This document shows positions 56,462-64,000 of a stretch of 64,000 nt of DNA, piece by piece. Location of the stretch: contig CAVWIH010000026.1 of assembly GCA_963755025.1 (NCBI GenBank), positions 32,001 to 96,000 on the forward strand, given 5' to 3'. The first letter of the stretch is position 1. Each line of letters begins with the position of its first letter. This DNA comes from an uncultured Actinomycetes bacterium. GTDB lineage: Bacteria; Actinomycetota; Thermoleophilia; UBA2241. Under the pieces are notes generated by a model that did not search any database, was not told the DNA's origin, and saw only the letters and a list, made by a program, of their open reading frames with translations. A program made the translations under genes and the position numbers.

Positions 56462-57697
56462 ATGGACTTCAGGTACTCGACCGAGCAGAACCTTTACCGC
56501 CAGGCCATCCGCGAGTGGCTCACCAAGAACCTCGAGCCGCGCGCCCGCGCCATCGACGCCGCCGAAGACGGCATTCCCGACGACATCACGGCCGGCATGG
56601 CCGAGCTCGGCATCTTCGGCGTGACCATCCCCGAGGAGTACGGCGGCCTGCCGCTGCCCGACGACGAGCGCCTGATCTACGCCATGATCACGGTCCACGA
56701 GATCGCCCGCGCCGACCTAGTCGATGAGCACGCCGGTCTACACGCTGCTCACCATGGGCTGGTCGTACATGATCAACCGCTACGGCACCGAGGAGCTCAA
56801 GCAGGAGGTCCTGCCGCTGGCCGCCCAGGGCAAGACCTTCGTGGGCATCAACACCACCGAACCCGGCGGCGGCTCCGACCTGGGCGCCATCAAGACCACC
56901 GCCATCTGGAACGACGACAAGCAGGTCTTCATGCTGAACGGCGAGAAGGCCTACGTCTCCGGCCCCAAGGAGTGCGCCAAGCTGGGTCCGCCCAGCGGCC
57001 ACTGCACGCTGGTCAAGACCGACCCCGACTCGGGCCACAAGGGCATGACCTTCATCTGGGTGCCCGCCCACCTGCGACGGCATCCAGTGACACGTCTACG
57101 ACGACATGGGCCGCATGGGCCTGTCGACCGGCGGCTGGATCTACAACGACGTCGAGCTGCCCCGCAAGTACGTGCTGGGCGAAGAGGGCAAGGGCTTCTA
57201 CGCCGTCATGGACGGCTTCAACACGGCGCGCGTGCTGGTCGGCGGCCGCCTGTCTGGGCGGCGCCGAGAAGGCGCTCGAGATCAGCGGCGAGTACACCGC
57301 GCAGCGCACCACGTTCGGCAAGCCGCTCGGCAAGAACGAGGGCATCTCGTTCGAGATGGCCGACGACTGGATGATGCTCGACATGGTCAAGCTCAACCTG
57401 CTGCGCGGCGCCTGGATGATCGGCCAGGAGCACACCAACCCGGGCACGTTCTCGCGCAAGGAGATCAACAAGGTCATCAGCACCTGCAAGTGCCAGGCGC
57501 CGCCGCTGGCCCACGAGATCGCGCGTCACGGCATGATGTACCACGGCGCCTTCGGCTACACCAAGGAGACGCCGCTCGAGATGATGCTGCGCGGCGTCAT
57601 GAGCTACGAGGTCGGCGCCGAGGGCGGCCTCATGGTCATGCGCGGCGTGATCGCCCGCGACGAGTGGGGCGAGACGCACAACCCGTTCAAAGACTAG
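56462..57697 (+). CDS. Acyl-CoA dehydrogenase; several frameshifts
   Basis: 'MDFRYSTEQ..IPEEYGG..TEPGGGSDL..LNGEKAYVSG..GEEGKGFYAVMDGFNTARV..QRTTFGKPL..HGAFGYTKE'. Confidence 0.92.
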   Translation: MDFRYSTEQNLYRQAIREWLTKNLEPRARAIDAAEDGIPDDITAGMAELGIFGVTIPEEYGGLPLPDDERLIYAMITVHEIARADLVDEHAGLHAAHHGLVVHDQPLRHRGAQAGGPAAGRPGQDLRGHQHHRTRRRLRPGRHQDHRHLERRQAGLHAERREGLRLRPQGVRQAGSAQRPLHAGQDRPRLGPQGHDLHLGARPPATASSDTSTTTWAAWACRPAAGSTTTSSCPASTCWAKRARASTPSWTASTRRACWSAAACLGGAEKALEISGEYTAQRTTFGKPLGKNEGISFEMADDWMMLDMVKLNLLRGAWMIGQEHTNPGTFSRKEINKVISTCKCQAPPLAHEIARHGMMYHGAFGYTKETPLEMMLRGVMSYEVGAEGGLMVMRGVIARDEWGETHNPFKD

Positions 57698-57852
57698 GCG
57701 CGCAACGCAGTCGCGCACGCCTGAGCGGCGACGACGGAGTCGGTCGACGGACTAGGCGCGCAACGAAGTAGCGCAGCCTGAGCGGCGACGACGGAGTCGG
57801 TCGACGGACTGAGCGGCGACGACGAAGTCGATCGACAGACTGAGCGGCGACG
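57694..57852. repeat. Composite intergenic repeat (A-B-A-B-B-b)
   Basis: A ~ CTAGGCGCGCAACGxAGTxGCGCA (57694, 57752); B = CTGAGCGGCGACGACGGAGTCGGTCGACGGA, 31 bp (57721, 57778, 57809 variant, 57840 partial). Confidence 0.85.
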
Positions 57853-57873
57853 CAACCCGAGGAGGCGGGCGAC

Positions 57874-59163
57874 GTGGAGAAGGTCGAATGCATCGTGGTG
57901 GGCGGCGGCCTCGCCGGCCTCGCGGCCGCCTACGGGCTGGCCCGTGACGGCGTCGAGGTCATGGTGCTCGAGCGCGGCAACTACTCGGGCTCAAAGAACG
58001 TCACCGGCGGCCGGCTCTACGTGCGCGCCTTGCGCCACGTCTTTCCCGAGCTCTGGGACGACGCGCCCTTCGAGCGGCCGGTCGCACACGAGCTGATCAC
58101 CCTGCTCGGCGACGGCGCGGCCACCACGGTCGAGCTCGCCTCGCAGCGCCTCGCGGGGCCGTCGCCGCAGTCCTACACGGTGCAGCGCGCCCGCTTCGAC
58201 CAGTGGTTCGCCGACAAGGCGACCGCTGCCGGCGCCATGGTCGTCAGCGACATGAAGGCCGACGAGCTGCTGCTCGACGGCGACCGGGTGATCGGCGTGC
58301 GCGCCGGCGGCGACGAGGTCGGCGCCGACGTGACGATCGTCGCCGAGGGCGTGCTGGGCTTGCTGGCGAGCGGGGCGGGGCTGCGCGAGCAGCCCCGCCC
58401 CGCCGACCACGCCGTCGGCTTCAAAGAGATCATCGAGCTGCCGGCGGGTGTCATCGAAGACCGCTGGCGCCTGAACGAAGGCGAGGGCGCCGCGCAGCTC
58501 TTCATGGGCGAGGTCAGCCGCGGCATGACCGGCGGCGGCTTTCTCTACACCAACCGCGACTCGATCGCCCTGGGCGTGGTGGTCGCCATGGACCAGCTGC
58601 GCACGCGCACCGACGGCCTCGAGTCGTGGCAGCTGCTCGACGCCTTCAAGGAGACCGCCCAGATCAAGCCGCTGGTGCGCGGCGGCACGCTCGCCGAGTA
58701 CTCGGCGCACGCCGTCTTCGAGGGCGGCGCCGACCGCCTGCCGCGGCCCTACGGGGCGGGCTACCTGCTGGCCGGCGAGACCGCCGGCTTTGCCCTGAAC
58801 GCCCTGGTCACCGTGCGCGGCATGGACCTTGCCATCGCCTCTGGGTGGGCGGCGGCGCGGGCGGCCCTGGCCGCCCGCGCCGCCGGCGACTCGTCGGCCG
58901 CCACGCTGTCGGTCTACGAGCGCTTTCTGCGCGAGACCTTCGTCACGGCCGCCATGCAGGCCGGGCGCGGCGTGCCGCAGGCCATCGAGAACCGCCGCCT
59001 GTTCACCGAGTACCCCGGCGCCGTGGCGCGCCTGCTCGAGGGCTTCTTCGCGGTCGACGACGATAGCCAGGCGACGCTGCTGCGCACCAGCCTGCGCGGC
59101 GCGCGCCGCGAGTTCCTGAAGGTCGACACGCTCAAGGACCTCTGGTCCTTGCGCAAGGTCTAG
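57874..59163 (+). CDS. fixC: FixC-like FAD-dependent ETF oxidoreductase
   Basis: 'IVVGGGLAGLAAA..LERGNYSGSKNVTGGRLY..APFER..GGGFLYTNRDSIALG..EYSAH..VRGMDLAIASG'. Confidence 0.92.
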   Translation: MEKVECIVVGGGLAGLAAAYGLARDGVEVMVLERGNYSGSKNVTGGRLYVRALRHVFPELWDDAPFERPVAHELITLLGDGAATTVELASQRLAGPSPQSYTVQRARFDQWFADKATAAGAMVVSDMKADELLLDGDRVIGVRAGGDEVGADVTIVAEGVLGLLASGAGLREQPRPADHAVGFKEIIELPAGVIEDRWRLNEGEGAAQLFMGEVSRGMTGGGFLYTNRDSIALGVVVAMDQLRTRTDGLESWQLLDAFKETAQIKPLVRGGTLAEYSAHAVFEGGADRLPRPYGAGYLLAGETAGFALNALVTVRGMDLAIASGWAAARAALAARAAGDSSAATLSVYERFLRETFVTAAMQAGRGVPQAIENRRLFTEYPGAVARLLEGFFAVDDDSQATLLRTSLRGARREFLKVDTLKDLWSLRKV

Positions 59164-59176
59164 AGGTGATGCCGTC

Positions 59177-59545
59177 GTGAGCGAGCCCACCGATCGCGCG
59201 CCCGACAGCGGCGCCCCCGAGAACGCGGCGCCCGGCGGCGCATCGAGCGGCGCCGCGGGTCAGCCGCCGGGTGGCGTCGACGCCAAGCTCGGCGCCGACG
59301 TCTTCAAGCTCGACACCGAGCCGCACATCGTGATCGACGTCGAGAAGTGCCGCACGGTCTGCACGCAGCGCGCCTGCCTGCTGGTCTGTCCGGCCGACCT
59401 GTACGAGCTGAACGACCAGGGCGACATGACGGTCAACTGGGAGGGCTGCCTCGAGTGCGGCACCTGCCTGATCTGCTGCGACCCCCAGGCCCTGAGCTGG
59501 CAGTACCCGCGCGGCGGCTTCGGCGTGCAGTACCGGATGAGTTAG
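59177..59545 (+). CDS. fixX: FixX-like ferredoxin
   Basis: 'PHIVID..C..C..RACLLVCPADLY..CLECGTCLICC..WQYPRGGFGVQYR'. Confidence 0.92.
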   Translation: MSEPTDRAPDSGAPENAAPGGASSGAAGQPPGGVDAKLGADVFKLDTEPHIVIDVEKCRTVCTQRACLLVCPADLYELNDQGDMTVNWEGCLECGTCLICCDPQALSWQYPRGGFGVQYRMS

Positions 59546-59559
59546 GAGAGGTGAAGGCT

Positions 59560-60369
59560 GTGGAGATCGCCGTGTGCGTGAAGACCAACCCCGACCTGCA
59601 GCTCATGCGCGTCAAAGACCGCGTGCCGGTGCTCGAGGCGGTGCCCTTCAAGGTGGGCGACCTCGAGAAGAACGCCCTCGAGGCGGCCCTGCAGCTGCGC
59701 GACGCCGCCGGCGGCGGGCGCATCGTGGCGGTCGCCGTGGCGCAGGGCGACCGCAAGATCCGCGAGACCATGAAAGAGGCCCTGGCGATCGGCGCCGACG
59801 AAGCCGTGATCGTCGCCGACCCGGCTCTCGACGAAACGGATCAGGCCGGCGTCGCGCTCGCCCTCGCGCGCGCGCTTGAGAAGTCGGGGCCGTTCGACCT
59901 GGTGCTGTTCGGCGAGGGCTCGACCGACGGCTACTCGGGTCAGGTGCCCTCGCGGGTCGCCGAGCTGCTCGGCCTGCCCGAGCTCGGCTACGCGCGCGCC
60001 CTCGAAGTCACAGGCGTCGGTCCCGACGCCGGCGGCTCCGGCGCCGTGCTGCGCGCCGAGCGCACCATGGGCGACACGCTCGAGACGCTCGAGGCGGCGC
60101 TGCCCGCCGTGGCCACCGTGGTGAGCGAGATCAACGAACCCCGCATTCCCACCCTCATGAGCATCATGAAGGCCGGCAAGAAGCCGGTGGCCGAACTCAC
60201 CCTGGCCGACCTGTCCCTCGACGCCGCGGCGCTGGCGCCGCTGCGCGCCGTCAAGTCAAACCTGGCCGAGGAGCAGTCACGCAAGCGCGTGCTGTTCGAC
60301 GGCGAACCGGCCGCCCAGGCCGAGGCCCTGATCAACGCGCTGGTCGCCGAAGGCGTCCTGGGAAGGTGA
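59560..60369 (+). CDS. fixA: Electron transfer flavoprotein beta subunit
   Basis: 'IAVCVK..NALEAALQL..ALAIGADEA..DLVLFGEGSTDGYSGQV..INEPRIP..IMKAGKKP'. Confidence 0.9.
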   Translation: MEIAVCVKTNPDLQLMRVKDRVPVLEAVPFKVGDLEKNALEAALQLRDAAGGGRIVAVAVAQGDRKIRETMKEALAIGADEAVIVADPALDETDQAGVALALARALEKSGPFDLVLFGEGSTDGYSGQVPSRVAELLGLPELGYARALEVTGVGPDAGGSGAVLRAERTMGDTLETLEAALPAVATVVSEINEPRIPTLMSIMKAGKKPVAELTLADLSLDAAALAPLRAVKSNLAEEQSRKRVLFDGEPAAQAEALINALVAEGVLGR

Positions 60370-60374
60370 GGGCG

Positions 60375-61334
60375 ATGACCGCGATCCTCGTGTATTCGGA
60401 ACAGCTCGACACGGCCCTCGAGCTGCTGGGCGCCGCCCAGACGCTCGCCCCGCAGCTCGACCTGACGGTGAGCGCGGCGGTGCTGGGCGCCGAGGCGGCC
60501 GCGCAGGCGGCCGCCCTGGCCGCCCGCGGCGCCGCGCCGGTCTACCTGTGCACCGAGCCCGCCCTCGAGGGGCTCGACACAGGCGTAGCCGCCCAGGCGC
60601 TCGCCCACATCGCCGAACAGGCCGGCGCGAGCCTCGTGCTGCTCGGCTCGACGCGCCGTGGCCGGGCGCTCGCCGGCCGCCTCGCGCAGCGGCTGGGCGC
60701 CGGCTGCGTGACCGACGCCGGCTCGCTGGCCGTCGAAGACGGCCTGCTCGTGGCCGGCCGCTACAACCTGGGCGGCGCCACCGTGCAGCGCGAGGCGCTC
60801 ACCTCGGCCGTGCAGGTGGTGGCCGTCATGCCCAAGGTCTTCGCCGCCGACGAGGCGGGCGCCGCCGCCGCGGGCGCCGACGCCATCGTCGAGGTCTCGC
60901 CGGGCCTCGCCGCGCCCGCCGTGCGCGTCGTCGACCGCCGGCCCAAAGAGGGCGAGGCCGTCGACCTGGCCGCCGCCGCGCGTATCGTGGGCGTGGGCCG
61001 CGGCCTCGCCAAGCGCGACGACGTGACGCTCGGCGAGGGACTGGCCGCGGCCCTCGGCGCCGAGCTGGCCTGCACCAAGAGCCTGGCCGATTTCGGCTGG
61101 ATGTCCGACGACCGCATCGTCGGGCTCTCGGGCGCCAAGACGAGCCCCGAGGTCTACCTGGCGGTGGGCATCTCGGGCCAGGTGCAGCACACCGTCGGCA
61201 TGGCGCAGGCGCGGGTCGTGGCGGTCGTCAATCAGGACAAGGACGCGCCCATCTTCGCCTTGGCCGACTACGGCGTGGTCGGCGACCTCTACCAGATCGT
61301 GCCCGCGCTGATCGAGCGCCTCAAGACGCTGTAG
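60375..61334 (+). CDS. fixB: Electron transfer flavoprotein alpha subunit
   Basis: 'ARIVGVGRG..VGLSG..PEVYLAVGISGQVQHTVGM..AVVNQDKDAPIFALADYGVVGDL'. Confidence 0.92.
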   Translation: MTAILVYSEQLDTALELLGAAQTLAPQLDLTVSAAVLGAEAAAQAAALAARGAAPVYLCTEPALEGLDTGVAAQALAHIAEQAGASLVLLGSTRRGRALAGRLAQRLGAGCVTDAGSLAVEDGLLVAGRYNLGGATVQREALTSAVQVVAVMPKVFAADEAGAAAAGADAIVEVSPGLAAPAVRVVDRRPKEGEAVDLAAAARIVGVGRGLAKRDDVTLGEGLAAALGAELACTKSLADFGWMSDDRIVGLSGAKTSPEVYLAVGISGQVQHTVGMAQARVVAVVNQDKDAPIFALADYGVVGDLYQIVPALIERLKTL

Positions 61335-61503
61335 CGCCCCCGCGCGCCGTCGCCGCCGCTTGGCATAGACTCTGGTTGCGGCGCGTCGGCTGCGCTCGTC
61401 TGCGGGCCGGCGGCCGCCGGTGGCGGCCATTCACGGCAGGCCGTGCGCCGACGTTCCGATCGGATACCATCGAGCCAGTCGATCAGGCCACGGGCAGGAG
61501 GTC

Positions 61504-63699
61504 ATGGAGCTCATGGAGCTCTCGCAGCAGCCCCCCGAACGGGCGTCGCAGATCGTCGCGGGAGCGCTGGCGGCGGGCCGTGGCGCTCTCGACGAGCACG
61601 AGGGCAAGGCTCTGCTCGCCGCCTACGGCGTGTCGGTGCCGGCCGGCGGCCTCGCTCACTCGCGCGACGAGGCCCTCGCCCTGGCCGCCTCGATCGACGC
61701 CCCCGTGGCGCTCAAAGCAGTGGGCGAGAAGGTCCAGCACAAGACCGAACGGCGCCTGGTGCTCCTCGGCCTGCGCAGTCCCGACGAGGTGGCCGCCGCC
61801 TACGACGGTCTCACCGAGCGCGCCGGCGACGCCCTCGAAGCCATCCTGGTCGAAGAGATGGTGGCCGGCGCGCGCGAGTTCATGGTCGGCATGAAGCGCG
61901 ACGCGGCCTTCGGCCCTGTGGTGGCCTTCGGCGTGGGCGGCGTGTTCACCGAGGCCCTCGCCGACGTGGCGCTCGCCCTGGCGCCGGTCGACGAACACGA
62001 GGCCGCCGACCTGCCCGGACTGATTCGCGCCAGGCGCCTGCTGGGCCGGTTCCGCGGCTTGCCGGCGGTCGACCAGCGACGACTCGCCCAGGTCATCCAG
62101 GCCGTGGGACGCATCGCCGTCGATCACCCCCAGATCGCTGAGATCGACCTGAACCCGCTCATCATCTCGGGCGACCGGCCGGTGGCGGCCGATGCCCTGG
62201 TCGTGCTCTCGAGCGCGCCGGCTGCGCCGGCGCCTGCGGAGCGCCCCGTCGCCGACCTGCGGGCCGTCTGTGCGCCGCGTTCGGTGGCCATCGTGGGCGC
62301 CTCAGACGACGTCGGCAAATGGGGCGGCTCCGCCTTGCGCAACATCTTGGACGGCGGCTTCGAAGGCGCCATCTACCCGGTCAGCCCCCACGGCGGCGCC
62401 TTCTTCGGCCTGCCCGTGTACGCGAGCCTCGCCGACCTGCCCCAGGCCCCCGACCTGGCCCTGCTGGCCGTCGGCGCATGGCAGGCCGCCGGCCTGGTCG
62501 AGCAGTGCGGACGGGCCGGCGTGCGGGCCGCCGTGGCCATCGCCGCCGGCTTCTCTGAGACCGGCGACGAGGGCGGCCAGGCCGAGCTCGAGCTGGCCGC
62601 GGCGGCCGCCGCCGCCGGCGTCACCCTGATAGGCCCCAACTGCATGGGGCTGGTCACCAACGAGACCCACCTGCACGCCACCGGTTTCATCACGCTGCAC
62701 CCGCCCGAGGGTCCACTCAGCCTGGTCTCGCAGTCGGGCAACCTCGGCGTGCAGCTGGTCAAAGCTTCCGAGCGGCGCGCCATAGGGCTCGACAAGTTCA
62801 TCGGCGTGGGCAACGAGGCCCGCGTGAGCGCCGTCGACGTGCTCGACTACCTGCGCACCGACGACCGCACCCGCTGCGTCCTCATGTACCTCGAGGGCAT
62901 CGACGACGGCCGCCGCTTCACCGAGGTGGCCGCCCGCACGACCGCCGTCAAGCCGGTCGTCGTGATGCGCGGCGGCCTGACCGACCAGGGCGGCCGGGCG
63001 GCCGCCTCGCACACCGGCGCCCTGGCCGGTTCGGCCGCCGTGTACGAGGCCGCCGCCCGCGAGGCCGGCGTGATCACCTGCACGGCATCAGACGACGCGC
63101 TCGACCTGGGCGTCGCCCTGGCCTACCTGCCGCCGCCGCGCGGCCGCCGCGTGGCGGTCATCACCAACGGCGGCGGGGCCGGCGTGCTGGCCGCCGACGA
63201 AGTGGCCCGTCACGACCTGACGCTCGCCGACCTGCCCGAGGCGCTGCTCGCCGAGCTCGACGCCCTGCTGCCGCCGTTCTGGAGCCGCCGCAACCCGCTC
63301 GACCTGGTGGCGTCGGCCGGCGGCGACGTGGCCCGGCTCGTGCTCACCGCCGTCGCCGGCAGTGACTCAGTCGACGCCGTCATCATGCTCTCGGTACTGG
63401 GCGTGTCGAACACCGGCGACGACCAGCGCCCCGAGAGCGCCGGCGGCGAGTACGACGGCTTCAGCCCCTGGGAGACCGAGTTCCTCGCCTGCGCCGCCGC
63501 GCTCATGGAGACCACCGGCAAGCCCATCATCAACGTGCCCGACCTGCCGATCCGCCAGGCCGTGCCGGCCGGCGACGGCCGCTACGCGCCGGTCGTGCTG
63601 CCGTCGCCGCGGGCCGCCGCGCAGGCGCTCGACCGCCTGGCCTGGTACGGCGACCATCGCCGGCGCCACGCGGCGGGCTTGCCTCACGATCGCGAGTAA
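61504..63699 (+). CDS. ADP-forming acyl-CoA synthetase (acetate--CoA ligase family), beta-alpha domain order
   Basis: N-terminal ATP-grasp ('LDEHEGKALLAAYGV..HKTE..FGPVVAFG.GG..EIDLNP') precedes CoA-binding 'PRSVAIVGAS..GPNCMG..SQSGN..AAASHTGALAG..TNGGG.GVLAAD..NPLDL'. Confidence 0.92.
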   Translation: MELMELSQQPPERASQIVAGALAAGRGALDEHEGKALLAAYGVSVPAGGLAHSRDEALALAASIDAPVALKAVGEKVQHKTERRLVLLGLRSPDEVAAAYDGLTERAGDALEAILVEEMVAGAREFMVGMKRDAAFGPVVAFGVGGVFTEALADVALALAPVDEHEAADLPGLIRARRLLGRFRGLPAVDQRRLAQVIQAVGRIAVDHPQIAEIDLNPLIISGDRPVAADALVVLSSAPAAPAPAERPVADLRAVCAPRSVAIVGASDDVGKWGGSALRNILDGGFEGAIYPVSPHGGAFFGLPVYASLADLPQAPDLALLAVGAWQAAGLVEQCGRAGVRAAVAIAAGFSETGDEGGQAELELAAAAAAAGVTLIGPNCMGLVTNETHLHATGFITLHPPEGPLSLVSQSGNLGVQLVKASERRAIGLDKFIGVGNEARVSAVDVLDYLRTDDRTRCVLMYLEGIDDGRRFTEVAARTTAVKPVVVMRGGLTDQGGRAAASHTGALAGSAAVYEAAAREAGVITCTASDDALDLGVALAYLPPPRGRRVAVITNGGGAGVLAADEVARHDLTLADLPEALLAELDALLPPFWSRRNPLDLVASAGGDVARLVLTAVAGSDSVDAVIMLSVLGVSNTGDDQRPESAGGEYDGFSPWETEFLACAAALMETTGKPIINVPDLPIRQAVPAGDGRYAPVVLPSPRAAAQALDRLAWYGDHRRRHAAGLPHDRE

Positions 63700-64000
63700 G
63701 GCATGGCGAAGGGTCTGTCGGCGGCCACACCCTGACCGTCGACGGGTTCGGTTGTCACGGCTTCGGGTAGCAACCCCGAAATCGCCGGGTGGATCGCGTG
63801 GCGCGGCGACGATCACTATCGTCAGTTGGTCAAGGGGGGCGAGGCGGTGCTCGGCCGATCCAGGGGAAGCGGCGTCGGGTCGATGGATGACGGACAGCCC
63901 GGACGGCCCCTCGATACGGTCGGGCACATCGGTGTGCCCGACGGCGTTCGACTCAGCACGATCCTGCCCGGCGACTCGACTGGTGTCGCCCGCCACCGTG

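Noticed and set aside
57694-57852. CRISPR array (31-bp repeats with intervening sequence)
   Set aside because: The intervening units are near-identical to each other and some repeats are directly adjacent; no cas genes.
63700-64000. Gene at the right window edge
   Set aside because: No frame gives a recognisable protein within 300 bp; cannot be called.

Overview
Very GC-rich bacterial chromosome segment, most likely from a deep-branching, anaerobe-like Actinomycetota (Thermoleophilia/Coriobacteriia-type). That placement is inferred from the GC content plus a Firmicutes-like glyQ-glyS-ppdK-dnaG-rpoD-tRNA block. Single-base indels are frequent, even in glyS, so most 'broken' genes are probably long-read consensus errors. 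Layout: (1) 1-19.4 kb, accessory region with a beta-propeller protein, a divergent XRE-ImmA/IrrE and ARPP-1 pair, two paralogous IPT/TIG surface proteins plus a remnant, an MMPL transporter, two tandem ~30-aa peptides and a MazEF-type TA pair. Several of these genes sit behind a repeated sigma28-like promoter cassette with a c-di-GMP-I (GEMM)-like leader. (2) 19.6-31 kb, core genes ending at tRNA-Asn. (3) 31-51 kb, metal/accessory region. Its highlight is an apparently translationally coupled acr3-arsR-hgcA-hgcB mercury-methylation operon, divergent from arsC and a metallophosphoesterase, whose HgcA carries an N-terminal tail with four Cys-Cys doublets. It also holds fumC/malic enzyme, a PAS-HD-GYP protein and a copper/ABC/lgt cluster. 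(4) 51-64 kb, an anaerobic catabolic cluster: non-pyrrolysine MttB, TetR, a two-subunit CoA-transferase, acyl-CoA dehydrogenase, fixCXAB and an ADP-forming acyl-CoA synthetase. All calls come from reading the sequence by eye; no searches were run.
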